Source: Ranitomeya imitator
Taxonomy: Eukaryota
Assembly: GCF_032444005.1 (NCBI RefSeq)
Contig: NC_091283.1
Span: forward strand, 187,674,001 to 187,738,000
DNA: 64,000 nucleotides
Direction of reading: 5' to 3'
Part shown: one piece after another, positions 11,201 to 22,136 of the stretch
Layout: each line of letters starts with the position of its first letter
Position numbering within the stretch: position 1 is the stretch's first letter
Position numbers and translations under genes: made by a program
The notes under the pieces: generated by a model
Told to the model about the DNA's origin: nothing
The model's input: the letters and a program-made list of their open reading frames with translations, nothing else
Database searches by the model: none

Positions 11201-13485
11201 TGGTGATGGCGTTAAGACCCCTGTAATCTATGCATGGACGTAACTCTCCATTCTTCTACACGAAGAAGAAACCAGCCCCTGCAGGTGACACTGACTTCCT
11301 AATGAATCCTCTTGCCAGATTCTCCTGGATGTACTGAGACATTGCCTTCGTCTCAGGGAAAGACAACGGGTAGACTTGACCCCGGGGAGGCACAGCACCA
11401 GGCAAGAGTTCAATAGGACAGTCATAGGGGCAGTGAGGCGGAAGGGTCTCCGCAGCCCTTTTGGGGAACACGTCCGCATAGGGTCAATATTGCTTGGGGA
11501 GACAGGAAAGTTCTGCGGGTACCTCAGTAGTAGCAACCTGAACGCATTCCCTCTGACATCTACCCCCACAAGATTCACTCCATCCCAAAATTCTGCCTGT
11601 GGACCACTCAGTATGAGGGGAGTGGTACCGTAGCCAAGGTATTCCTAACAGGACCTCATGAATTCCCTCAGGAATGAAGAGCAGAGATATAATCTCCTGA
11701 TAAGATGGCGACATGGATAGAGTAAATGGGATCGTCTGGTGTGTTATCTGTGAGGGCAGTGTCAACCCATTCACCACTTATACGGTCACTGGTTTGGCGA
11801 GCATCACCAGGGGTATTGCATGTCGTTGGGCGAAGATGTCCTGACTGCCGGCAGACATGACAGACCTTGAGTGCACGAGCGGTCCGGGACTTAGATCCCA
11901 CTCGTGACACCTCCATGGCCTCATGTGACTCGGGCGCCTGGACTGGAGATTCCAAAGGTTTGGCGAAGGTGGGAGCCAGCCGAAACCTCTGCCTACACTG
12001 GGCTCGCACTAACCTCCTCTCGCTAAAACGGAGGTCAATGCGAGTGGATACACCTATTAGCTCCTCCAGTGTGGTGGGAATCTCCCTAGTGACCAAAGCG
12101 TCCTTCACATGGTCAGCTAGCCCCCTCCAAATACAGGGATGAGGGCTTTATCCGACCACTCCAGCTCAGATTCTAACGTCCGGAAGTGGACGGCAAAATG
12201 GCTGACCATGGAGGAGCCCTGAGTCAATGCCAACAGTTGGAGTGCCATATTATGGGTGACTCGAGGTCCCAAAAAGATCTGTTTCAGAGTGCTTAAGAAC
12301 AGCGGAGCACTCTGCACCACATGATCACCACGCTCCCACAGCGGCGTAGCCCACTCCAACGCCCTGTCCGACAGAAGAGATATAACGAATCCCACCTTTG
12401 CCCGCTCTGTGGGAAAACGTGCAGCCAGGAGCTCGAGGTGTATTGTGCACTGGCTCATGAAACCCCTACAAGATGCGCTATCACCAGAGTATTTATCTGC
12501 CAGCGGGAGGCGAGATAAGGTCGGAACATGGGTGGGAGTGGACAAACGTGCTGCAGCCACACTTGCAGCCTGAGCAACTACGGCGGAAACATCCACAGCT
12601 GAGGTTGTGCGCTCGAGAGCCGCCAACCTGCCCTCCAGCTGCTGGATGTACCGCAGCAGTTGCTGTTCGTCCGCCATTATTAGCCAGACCCTGGCGCTAG
12701 TATACTGTTAGGGCTAGCGGAATGCACCAAGTAATAAGGTGATAGATACGAGGTGCATTCGCAGCCCGGGGTCTACCGTGCAGAGATACCTGCTGAAAAG
12801 TAATGGCGGATGGACACTGAGCTCTCACATGGGTTAAACTTCACCCCGTGTGAAATGGAAAGAGCTCTGTTGCCTCACAGAGTCGCACTGTACACAGGGA
12901 CTAAAACCCTGACTAAAGTTGTGCTTGCTCTGGAACTCTTATGTGCTAACCGCACACATGAAGGAACCAGATGCTAAGCCAAGGCTAATTGCCCCCACTA
13001 ACGCTAGCTGCCTGCCTGAGTGTACAGCCCCAGGGCTAAACAGACTCACACCACTTATATACAGTGTGGCAGAGTATCCGCTGGCAACTGCCAAACACAA
13101 ATGATACTAGCGCATGGCCGCGCGGCCATGCAAACCTTTTATAGCTGTAGTAGTTCAGGACCTTCCTAGTGGACCAATAGGAGCTGCTACAGGACCTGAG
13201 CGTGTGACCCCTGACCTCCAATGAGAGGACTTCCCTTGGGCATGCTCAGGAGGAGAAAAGCAGGACTTAGTCCCAGGAGCACTTGCTCGCCGCTGAACAG
13301 TACTGGTCATAATGGCTGAACCTGGAAGGGTAGCAGTAACCAAATGTGCAGTATCTGTCCGAGCCAGGCGCTGGGACTGACATCTCCGCTGAGCAGGCTC
13401 CACTGCGGCTGGAGAAGAATGGGAGACTGCAGCGGTCATGGCTTGAGATTCCCCCTGTGCAGCGGCAAGAACTCGACGCCTAACA
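8295..13485 (-). mobile_element. Ty3/Gypsy chromovirus (Tf1/sushi group) provirus, defective
   Basis: LTRs at 8295-9080 and 12706-13485 (TGTTAGG...CCTAACA). Flanks CTTTG/TTTTG. gag (ORF 12117-12677) with CX2CX4H knuckle; RT with YLDD (ORF 10521-11183); integrase (WEMVGMDFVVGLP, GPFKV); chromodomain (EYEVNSIL). Polypurine tract just inside the 3' LTR. Frameshifts and deletions present. Confidence 0.95.
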
Positions 13486-14104
13486 TTTTGTAGGTGGGAA
13501 AACTTGGAAGATTGGCAGTGTGTCAAATACTTATTTTCCCCACTGTAAACAAACAATAATTTACGGGTGGCGGTAACTTTTCATTTGTGTTCATATTTTC
13601 AAGAACTAGGGCCACTATATGCAAGTAATTACTCATACCCAAACACTGGCACTAATTCCACCAAAAATACATGTTTTATGGCATGTGGTTGGTAAAGGAT
13701 TTCTATGGATGGCATGGCAATGCTCCTAATTTCAAAGACTATCAATGGCCATTCTTGTCTTTGGACTACAAGTGAAATATCAAGAAATCTGATGAGGCTC
13801 TCAGGCTTTCACCACTCCAATACCAGTCAAAATGAGAGGATACAGAGAAGACATTACATAAATACCATTATTACGTAGATCTTATGGTCTGGTGTCGCTC
13901 CTTTTAGACCCCCATACATTCATCTGACTCTCCCATACACAGGAATCTCTATGCCTTTAGTGGCGGCTTATCTCTTTGAGCAAATTAAAGATTGGCAGTC
14001 TGAAATCAGACATACAGGATCCCTAGAAATATTGAAAAAACATCCAGCTCCCACAATCCATTAAAATTGAGATGGCTTTATTGAATAAGACACTGGCGTA
14101 GAAA

Positions 14105-14146
14105 TGCAACGCATTGTGGATCACTTATGATCCTTTTTCATAGCAT
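14105..14146 (-). other. Decayed hammerhead-like motif in a Penelope-like repeat remnant
   Basis: The minus strand reads ATGC-TATGAAAAA-GGATC-ATAAGT-GATCC-ACAATGCGT-T-GCAT. Stems I and II are intact, but both core segments carry about 3 substitutions each. Confidence 0.35.
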
Positions 14147-15872
14147 GAAGTACACACAATTACATTTAAATATATATACTGGATCCTTAGCTCCCCCAAT
14201 ATTACTTTTCGGGGTCTCACATACAGACACGGTTGTTTATTGGATAGAGTGCACTATGCGTATATTGCTAATATAATACGCTGTGGACCTTCCACACAGA
14301 AAATCTGATTTGTGTCCACCCCATGTGAACATACCCTAAAGAGAACTTTCCATCCACTGTCTTTCTGTACATGGAAATCTCTATGGAATGGCAAATAAAG
14401 CAGCCGGACCCGTGCCCTGGCACCATGGGTGGACACCAATATTTTAATAGTGCATTAATAAAGGGACACATAAGGGTCACCCCAAAAATCTCAAGAGAGT
14501 AACAGACAATAATATTTTCAGGTTTATAACCATCTCCAATCAGAAAATGTATGTACAAATATATGGGGGTCCCATGGCTGCTTAGAGGGTCTGGCGTGGG
14601 ATTAGATAGTGTTGTGATAATAGGGGCTACTTTTGATTAAAATGCTTTAAGAGGATTGGGGGCATTCTCCGCATAAATAGGCAGGGGTCATATGTTAAAA
14701 AAAACTGACTACCTTCTGTAGTTTCTTTAAAAAAACAAGCAAACAAACAAACTGTCCTTTACTCACCCTCCCAGAGTCTCTGCCACTGCCCACGGTGTCT
14801 GTGATTGTCTGCAGCGCTGACATCACGCTGACAACGCTGCAACTAATCAATGAGCTCAGCAGGTTGTGAGGAAGAGCCATTGAGCTCAGTTATGTGTTGT
14901 CTGCGCTGCAGATGCTAAAAGACACAGGTAGGAGCGATGGAAAATCAGCATTGTACCTGGGGAGGGTGAGTAAAGGACAATTTAAAATACTTTTTCAGGG
15001 GAAGAGGAATTTTCTGAAACTGGTAAACCCCTCTATGATATAATGTACAATTTCTGAAATAAACTTCTAATAAAAGTAGGCAAGTAAGCTTCAACCATGT
15101 GATGGTGTCACTGAAGGTTTTGGCTGTGTGGTTGCACATTTTATAGATGGCCATGGGAGGTTCACTTGATGTTTGATCTCCTCACTGTGACAACTGTTCT
15201 CAGTCCATAGTGAAGATATGGCTGAAGATCCAAGACCCATCACCTTCTCATGTCATACACTAGCCCAGTTGGCTCATTAAGTCACACTTGCTGAATTTGG
15301 TCCTTGGACACACATGGGTGAGGGTTTGGCAGCAGATGGGTTTGCGGAAGTGGTAGCTTTCACACCTCGCCTTTGTTGACTGCTGCAGATTGTGGCCTCC
15401 AGAAGGATCTGATCTGGATGTTGTTAGTGAGGAGGCTCCTACAGATGTTCCTGATTCCCCTTATCTCCAGCCTGGCATGTGTGTGTCCTCCTAACAAATG
15501 CCAGAGAACCCTCAGAAGATTACAAACCTGACAGTTACATATCTTGCATATCCATCACCCACTGATAAGAGCTGACAGATGATCTGCAGGGTCCATCACA
15601 GGCCTGTTTTGTTAAGCTAGCCAAGCAAATGGTGGCCAGAGACAAGGAGATTATCTGGAGGATAACACAGAATTACCTTCCAGCAGAATGATATATCAGC
15701 CAGACCTCCAAGAAGTCACCATCACTTTAATAAGATAGGCCTAGGTCCTGAGACTGTGTGCCATAACAGGGCTTATGAATGTCAAAAATGGAGGGTCAAA
15801 AGCCCACCATACACTAAGTATGGCTGTCCACTGAAAGATGGTTTGTTATATAGGTCACCTCGTACATTGCTT

Positions 15873-16197
15873 ATGCCTGTTTCACGAGAAAGAGAGAGAG
15901 AGATCGAGAGAGATTTTTTTCCAGAATAGAAAATGCATGATTTGTGTAAAAAAACAGATTCGATCATTTCACCTCACGTTTCATACATTTGTCGCCGGAC
16001 AGAGAAAACATTCCTCTATACGTTTTCTCTGGCTGCCGGAAAACTAATTTTGGACGGATTCGGCAAAAAACGGATGAAACGTGAGGCCACTAGGCGCAAT
16101 CCGGCGCTAATACAAGTCTATGATAAAAAAACGAATCCGGCAGCAACTTTTGCCTGATCCATTTTTTTCAAAATATGCCTGATGTGTGACAGGGGCC
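15873..16197. mobile_element. Degenerate Harbinger-type MITE
   Basis: TTA-flanked imperfect TIRs (TGCCTGTTTCACG / GTGTGACAGGGGCC) with internal CCGGC/GCCGG inverted blocks. Confidence 0.5.
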
Positions 16198-16493
16198 TTA
16201 TATCCGGTTTGAGCAGATTTCAGCTGATCTATGGGGGGTGCCAGATGTAATCAATTATTAAGTAGTAGACAACCCCTTTAACCTGGTCATAGAAGCAAAC
16301 GTTATAGGAACAAGAATAATGCACGCAATGACAATGCGGCTCCAAAACCCATCCTCCATGTGGTCGAGCACTTGGAAACAATCACAACCACACGTACTGG
16401 CCTGTTTTTCAATATGGCCATCTGAATCCAACTTTACAGTACTGCTCTGTAAATACCGACATTGGGCTGATATTTGAAAAAAATTATGTACCG

Positions 16494-16504
<11 letters not shown>

Positions 16505-16558
<54 letters not shown>
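16505..16558. repeat. (TA)n microsatellite
   Basis: About 27 TA units read directly. Confidence 0.95.
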
Positions 16559-16559
<1 letters not shown>

Positions 16560-18025
16560 TAGATGGTGGCCCGATTCTAACGCATCGGGTATTCTAGAAT
16601 ATGCATGTCCACGTAGTATATTGCGTAACTACGTAGTATATTGCCCAGCCACGTAGTATATTGCCCAGCCACGTAGTATATTGCCCAGCCACGTAGTATA
16701 TTGCCCAGCCACGTAGTATATTGCCCAGCCACATAGTATATTGCCCAGTCAATTAGTATATTGCCTAGCCACATAGTATATTGCCCAGCGACGTAGTATA
16801 CAGCAGAGCCACGCAGCATACGGCACAGACACGTAGTCACATAGTATACTGCCCAGCCACATAGTATATTGCCCAGCCACATAGTATATTGCCCAGCCAC
16901 ATAGTATATTGCCCAGCCACATAGTATATTGCCCAGTCACGTAGTATACAGCACAGAGCCACGTAGTATACAGCACAGACATGTAGTCACGTAGTATATT
17001 GCCCAGCCACATAGTATATTGCCCAGTCACGTAGTATACTGCCCAGCCACATAGTATATTGCTCAGCCACATAGTATATTGCCCAGTCACGTAGTATACA
17101 GCACAGAGCCACGTAGTATACAGCACAGACATGTAGTCATGTAGTATACTGCCCAGCCACATAGTATATTGCCCAGCCACATAGTATATTGCCCAGTCAC
17201 GTAGTTTAGTGCCCAGCCACATAGTATATTCCCCAGCCACATAGTATATTGCCCAGCCACATAGTATATTGCCCAGCCACATAGTATATTGCCCAGTCAT
17301 GTAGTATACAGCACAGAGCCACGTAGTATACAGCACAGTCGTGTAGTATATTGGCCAGTCACGTAATATGCACCATATCCCTGTTAAAAAAAAAAGAATT
17401 AAAATAAAAAATAGTTACATACTCACCTTCCGGATCGAAGCGGCCGGTTACCGATGCTCGTCGCGCACTCCAATCTGAAGAGTGCATTGCGGTCTCGCGA
17501 GATGATGACGTAGTGGTCTCGCGAGACTGCACGTCATCATCTCGCGAGACCGCGAAGCATGGAGCGGTCACCGTGGCGTCGAGAGGAGCATCGGTAACCA
17601 GTCGCTTCGATCCGGGGGCCAACCGAGGGTGAGTATGTAACTATTTTTTATTTTTTTATTATTTTTAACATTAGATATTTTTATTATTCATGCTTCATAG
17701 GCAGCATGAATAGTAAAAACTTTGTCACACAGGGTTAATAGCAGCATTAACCGAGTGCGTTACACCGCGGTCAACGCTGCCATTAACCCTGTGTGACCGC
17801 TGACTGGAGGGGAGTATGCGGGCGCCGGGCACTGACTGCGGGGAGGAAGGAGCGGCCATTTTCTTCCGGACCTCACCCATCGCTGATTTGTCGTGGCTGT
17901 TTTGCCGCGACCAATCAGCGACGTGGATTTCCATGACAGACAGACGCCGTGACCAATGAATATCCGTGACAGACAGAAGGACAGACAGAAAGACAGAAGT
18001 GACCCGTAGACAATTATATAGTAGA
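16559..18025 (-). mobile_element. Non-autonomous Helitron with internal 20-bp minisatellite
   Basis: The minus strand starts A|TCTACTATATA and ends with hairpin CCCGAT/ATCGGG (16570-16575 with 16584-16589) followed by CTAG|T. No target duplication; inserted between A and T. CACGTAGTATATTGCCCAGC array at ~16610-17355. Internal inverted repeat at ~17415-17645. Confidence 0.85.
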
Positions 18026-19555
18026 TACTGCTCAAAAAACAAAGGGAATACAAAAATCCCACATCCTAGATATCACTGAATGAAATATTCGTTGTAAATC
18101 TTTATTCGTTACATGGTGGAATGTGTTGAGAACAATAAAACCTAAAAATGATCAACGTAAATCACAACTAATATCCCACGGAGGTCTGGAGTTGGAATGA
18201 TGCTCAAAATCAAAGTGGAAAATGAAGTTACAGGCTGATCCACCTTCAATGGAAATGCCTCAAGACAAGGAAATGATGCTCAGTAGTGTGAATGGCCTCC
18301 ACATGCCTGTATGACCTCCCTACAACGCCTAGGCATGCTCCTGATGAAGCGGCGGATGGTCTCCTGAGGGATCTCCTCCCAGACTTGGACTAAAGCATCC
18401 GCCAACTCCTGGACAGCCTGTGGTGAAAAGTGATGTTGGTGGATGTTGCGAGACATGATGTCTCAGATGTGTTCAATCGGATTCAGGTTCGGGGAATGGT
18501 CGAGCCAGTCCATATCTTCAATGCCTTCATCTTGCAGGAAAGGCTGACACACTCCAGCCACATGAGGTCTGGCATTGTCCTGCATTAGGAGGAACCAAGG
18601 GCCAACAGCACCTGCATATGGTCTCACAAGGAGTCTGAGGATCTCATCTCGGTACCTAGTGGCAGTCAGGCTACTTCTGGCGAGCACATGGATGGCTGTG
18701 CGGCCTCCAAAGAAATGCCACCCCAGGATGTTGCAGGCAGCAGATCGCTCTCCACGGTGTCTCTAGACTCTGTCACATCTGTCACATGTGCTCAGTGTGA
18801 ACCTGCTTTCATCTTTGAAGAGCACAGGGTGCCAGTGGCGAATTTGCCAATCCTGGTGTTCTGTGGCAAATGGCAAGCATCCTGCTTGGTGTTGGGCTGT
18901 GAGCACAACCCCCATCTGTGGACGTCGGGTCCTCAGACCATCCTTATGGAGTCAGATTCTAACTGTTTGTGCAGACACATGCACATTTGTGGCCTGCTGG
19001 AGGTCATTTTGCAGGGCTCTGGCAGTGCTCCTCCTGTTCCTCCTTGCACAAAGGCTGAGGTAGCGGTCCTGCTGCTGGGTTGTTGCCCTCCTACGGCCCC
19101 CTCCATGTCTCCTGGTGTACTGGCCTGGCTCCTGGTAGCGCCTCCAGCCTCTGGACACTACGCTGATAGACACAGCAAACCTTCTTGCCACAGCTCGCAT
19201 TGATGTGCCATCCTGGATGAGCTTCACTACCTGAGCCACTTGTGTGGGTTGTAGAGTCTGTCTCATGCTACCACGTGAAAGCACAGACAACATTCAAAAG
19301 TGACCAAAACATCAGCCAGAAAGCATTGGTACTGAGATGTGGTCTGTGGTCCCCACCTGCAGAACCACTCCTTTATTGAGGGTGTCTTGATAATTGGCAA
19401 TAATTTCCATCTGTTGTCTATTCCATTTGCACAAGAGCACGTGAAATTGATTGTCAATCAGTGTTTCTTCCTAAGTGGACAGTTTGATCTCACAGAAGTT
19501 TGATTTACTTGGAGTTATATTCTGTTAAGTCTTCCCTTTATTTTTTTGAGCAGTG
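18026..19555 (-). mobile_element. Tc1 element with degraded transposase (1.5 kb)
   Basis: TIR TACTGCTCAAAAAACAAAGGGAA / TTCCCTTTATTTTTTTGAGCAGTG followed by TA. HTH ORF 18952-19293 ([14 protein letters not shown]...). DDE remnant QDNARPH...SPNLNPIEH in ORF 18463-18687. Confidence 0.9.
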
Positions 19556-19566
19556 TATACTGTATA

Positions 19567-20804
19567 TGGAGCGCCCCCAGACACAGGGCCACAGGTTACT
19601 CGGTAACGGTCCTCTCTGTCTCAGTTCTGGGGTTGTCACGGTGGTGGGACCCGGTCCGTGACCCTGCTAAGGGGCGTCCAATGAAAAGGTTGATAGTAGT
19701 TTGTCAAGGGTTCGTGACGCCACCTGTGGTGTTCGGTCAGGGCGACCGATGCTGCTTCGGGGTCCGCTGGGGTGATGGAATAGCAGCTAGATGGTGTACC
19801 CTCCCACAGGTGAAGTGTATCCCCAGGGCCTCCCAGTAGTGTAGGTGGCGATGGTGTGAGGTGCAGTTAATAACGAGGACACAGGGTTGCAGTCTCTTTA
19901 CCTTTTACTGAAGACTTCAGGATCCTCAATCCAGAGCACGGTTAACAGAGCTGTCTGAGACCGGCCGGTCCGAAGGCACATCCAGAGTTCCGTTTGCAGG
20001 TGGATATCGTTGCCTACCACTAGCGCCTGTGTGTTGTAGTGCTTCCCTGCTGAGCATTCAGGATAATCCTCACAACTTCTATTCTCGTTCGTTCCAGTTC
20101 TTTCTATTCTCCGTCCCCCAGGTTTGTTATGGCTAGGACGCACCCGTTTGACGGGAAGGCTCGGAGCTCTTCCGGGAGCCTAGAGATGCCCCTCTCCACG
20201 CGTTGCCCCCTATGTCTGCTTAGGTGATGTAAGGTAGACAGCCAACCTATAATTAACTGTCCTGCGGTATTTGAAGTAAGGCATAAAGTCAGTTACTTCC
20301 TCGGTGTTCCGGGCACCGGCTACGCGCCTCAGTAGGATGTTGCCGTTCTCCGGGCAAGACTCCTACTGGCTCTCCTTTGTGCTTGATCTCGTTTCTGACT
20401 GTCCACAATATCCTTCACTTCGTGTCCTTTCTTTAGATGCCGCCGCAGGTAGCGCAGGCCCAGCTCTGTAACGTTCTATCCTTGTCGCTAGGTGCCTGCC
20501 AGGTTCCCACGCCTGACAGGGACACCCCTGAATCTTCCCCCGCAACACCACCTGCCATGGGATGTTGCCTGGACAAAACCCAGTCAGCTTCTCTCTAACT
20601 TCCTATCCAACCCCCAGTTTTACCAGTATGAGGAGTGGCCTAATAAATAAAACCTTTTTCTCCCCCTAGTGGCCGGAGTGTGAAGTGTATTGTGTGCTGG
20701 TGATACCTGGTCAGATGAACTCCTTTAGTGCCATCAGACGTACCATCACTCCCCTTAGTGGCAGAGCGATACTACTGCAACGACCAGGTCTCTGGGGCGC
20801 TGCA
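19567..20804. mobile_element. Solo LTR (1238 bp)
   Basis: Inverted termini TGGAGCGCCCCCAG / CTGGGGCGCTGCA (TG...CA). TATA on both flanks. Confidence 0.75.
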
Positions 20805-20829
20805 TATATATTTTATATACACATGCATA

Positions 20830-21248
20830 CAGTGGGGAAAATAAGTATATGATACTCTGCCGATTTTGCAAGTTTTTCCACCTACGAAGAATGGAGAGGT
20901 GTGAAATTTTTATTGTAGGTGCATTTCAACTGTGAAAAACAGAATCTAACAATGGAAAAAAAAAAGAAAATCACATTGTAGGATATTTTTTAAATAATGA
21001 AATTGCATTTTATTTCATGAAATAAGTATTTGACCAGCTACCAACCAGCAAGAATTCTGTCTCTCACAGATCTGTTAGTTTTTCTTTAAGAAGCCTCCAA
21101 CTCTGCGCTCATTACCTGTATTAATTTCACCTGTTGATCTCGTTGCCTGTATAAAAGACACCAGTCCACACATTCCATCACACTCCAACCTCTCCACCAT
21201 GGCCAAGACCAAAGAGTTGTCTAAGGACACCAGGGACAAAATTGTAGA
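20830..21248 (+). mobile_element. Tc1 5' end fragment
   Basis: TA followed by CAGTGGGGAAAATAAGTAT TIR, the same family as the 13545 terminus. Start of transposase ATGGCCAAGACCAAAGAG ([17 protein letters not shown]). Confidence 0.85.
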
Positions 21249-21820
21249 TTTTTCATCAACGGTCACCAGTATGTCATCGATGTTTCTTTTTTTTTTTACA
21301 TCTGTATAGCATCCATTTTTATAGACCAGCAATTTAAAATATGATAAAAGGCCAAATACAGGTTGTTGTATGTTAATAATTGCAATGTAAACGTAAAATG
21401 TAGATGTCATATGCATGGTATCCATTTGGTATCTGTTCTTTTGATGCACCCATTGAATTTAATGGGTGAATCTGATCCGAAAAGAGCAAATCAGAGTAGT
21501 GCGTGGTGTCATTTTTTTTTAAATGCGGTCTGTCAGTCTGTGGGTAAAAACCTTCCTGTGAACAGTACCCTTGTCTTGCATCGGTCTGTGTGCTCTATGT
21601 ATGCGCTCTCTGGTGTACAAGGATATATTCTGCTCTTCCGAATGAGCCCACAAAGTAGAGAGGTAGATAGGAGCTAAAGGGGCACACAGTGTCCATTGAC
21701 GTTCTTGTACTAGCAAACATTGGACCCTTTACATGACGTGTGAACAATTCTTTGGAGCATGAGTCTGGGGTATACCTATAGGGGTGGCACATAAGACATT
21801 GGTAGGTGGGTGCCCTGTTA

Positions 21821-22136
21821 GGCTACGTTCACATTTGCGTTGTTGGGCGCAGCGTCGTCGACGCATACCGACGCATGCGTCATGCGCCCCTATCTTTAAC
21901 ATGGGGGGCGCATTGACATGCGCCGGTATGCGTTGTATTGCGTTTTACGACGCATGCGTCAATTTGACGCACCAGACAGGGCGCGGAGAACGCTACTTGT
22001 AGTGTTTTCCCTGCGCCAAAATTCATGACCATTACTATTTTATGTCAACGCATGCGTCAAAACACGCAGCGTTGTGTATTGCGTTGTTGGTTGCGTCGAC
22101 GACGCTGCGCCCAACAACGCAAATGTGAACGTTACC
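21821..22136. mobile_element. Harbinger-type MITE (316 bp)
   Basis: About 45-bp TIR GGCTACGTTCACATTTGCGTTGTTGGGCGCAGCGTCGTCGACGCA. TTA duplication at 21818-21820 and 22137-22139. Confidence 0.9.

Larger units (their letters stand above)
5185..13545 (-). mobile_element. Degenerate Tc1 element split by four nested insertions; distal TIR missing
   Basis: Terminal ...TTATTTTCCCCACTG followed by TA at 13546-13547. Transposase pieces [11 protein letters not shown] and [14 protein letters not shown] (ORF 6040-6564) and an HTH region (ORF 6558-6860). The host sequence resumes collinearly after each insertion. Confidence 0.8.

Noticed and set aside
13789-13815. CTGATGAG, possible hammerhead core
   Set aside because: It is followed by TTTC rather than GAAA, and stems I and III cannot be formed.
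15100-15800. Sequence with a LINE-like feel
   Set aside because: No RT or endonuclease motif or tail could be identified with confidence by eye.
16577-17336. ORFs with YYVAGQYTMWLG repeats
   Set aside because: These are translations of the 20-bp array inside the Helitron.
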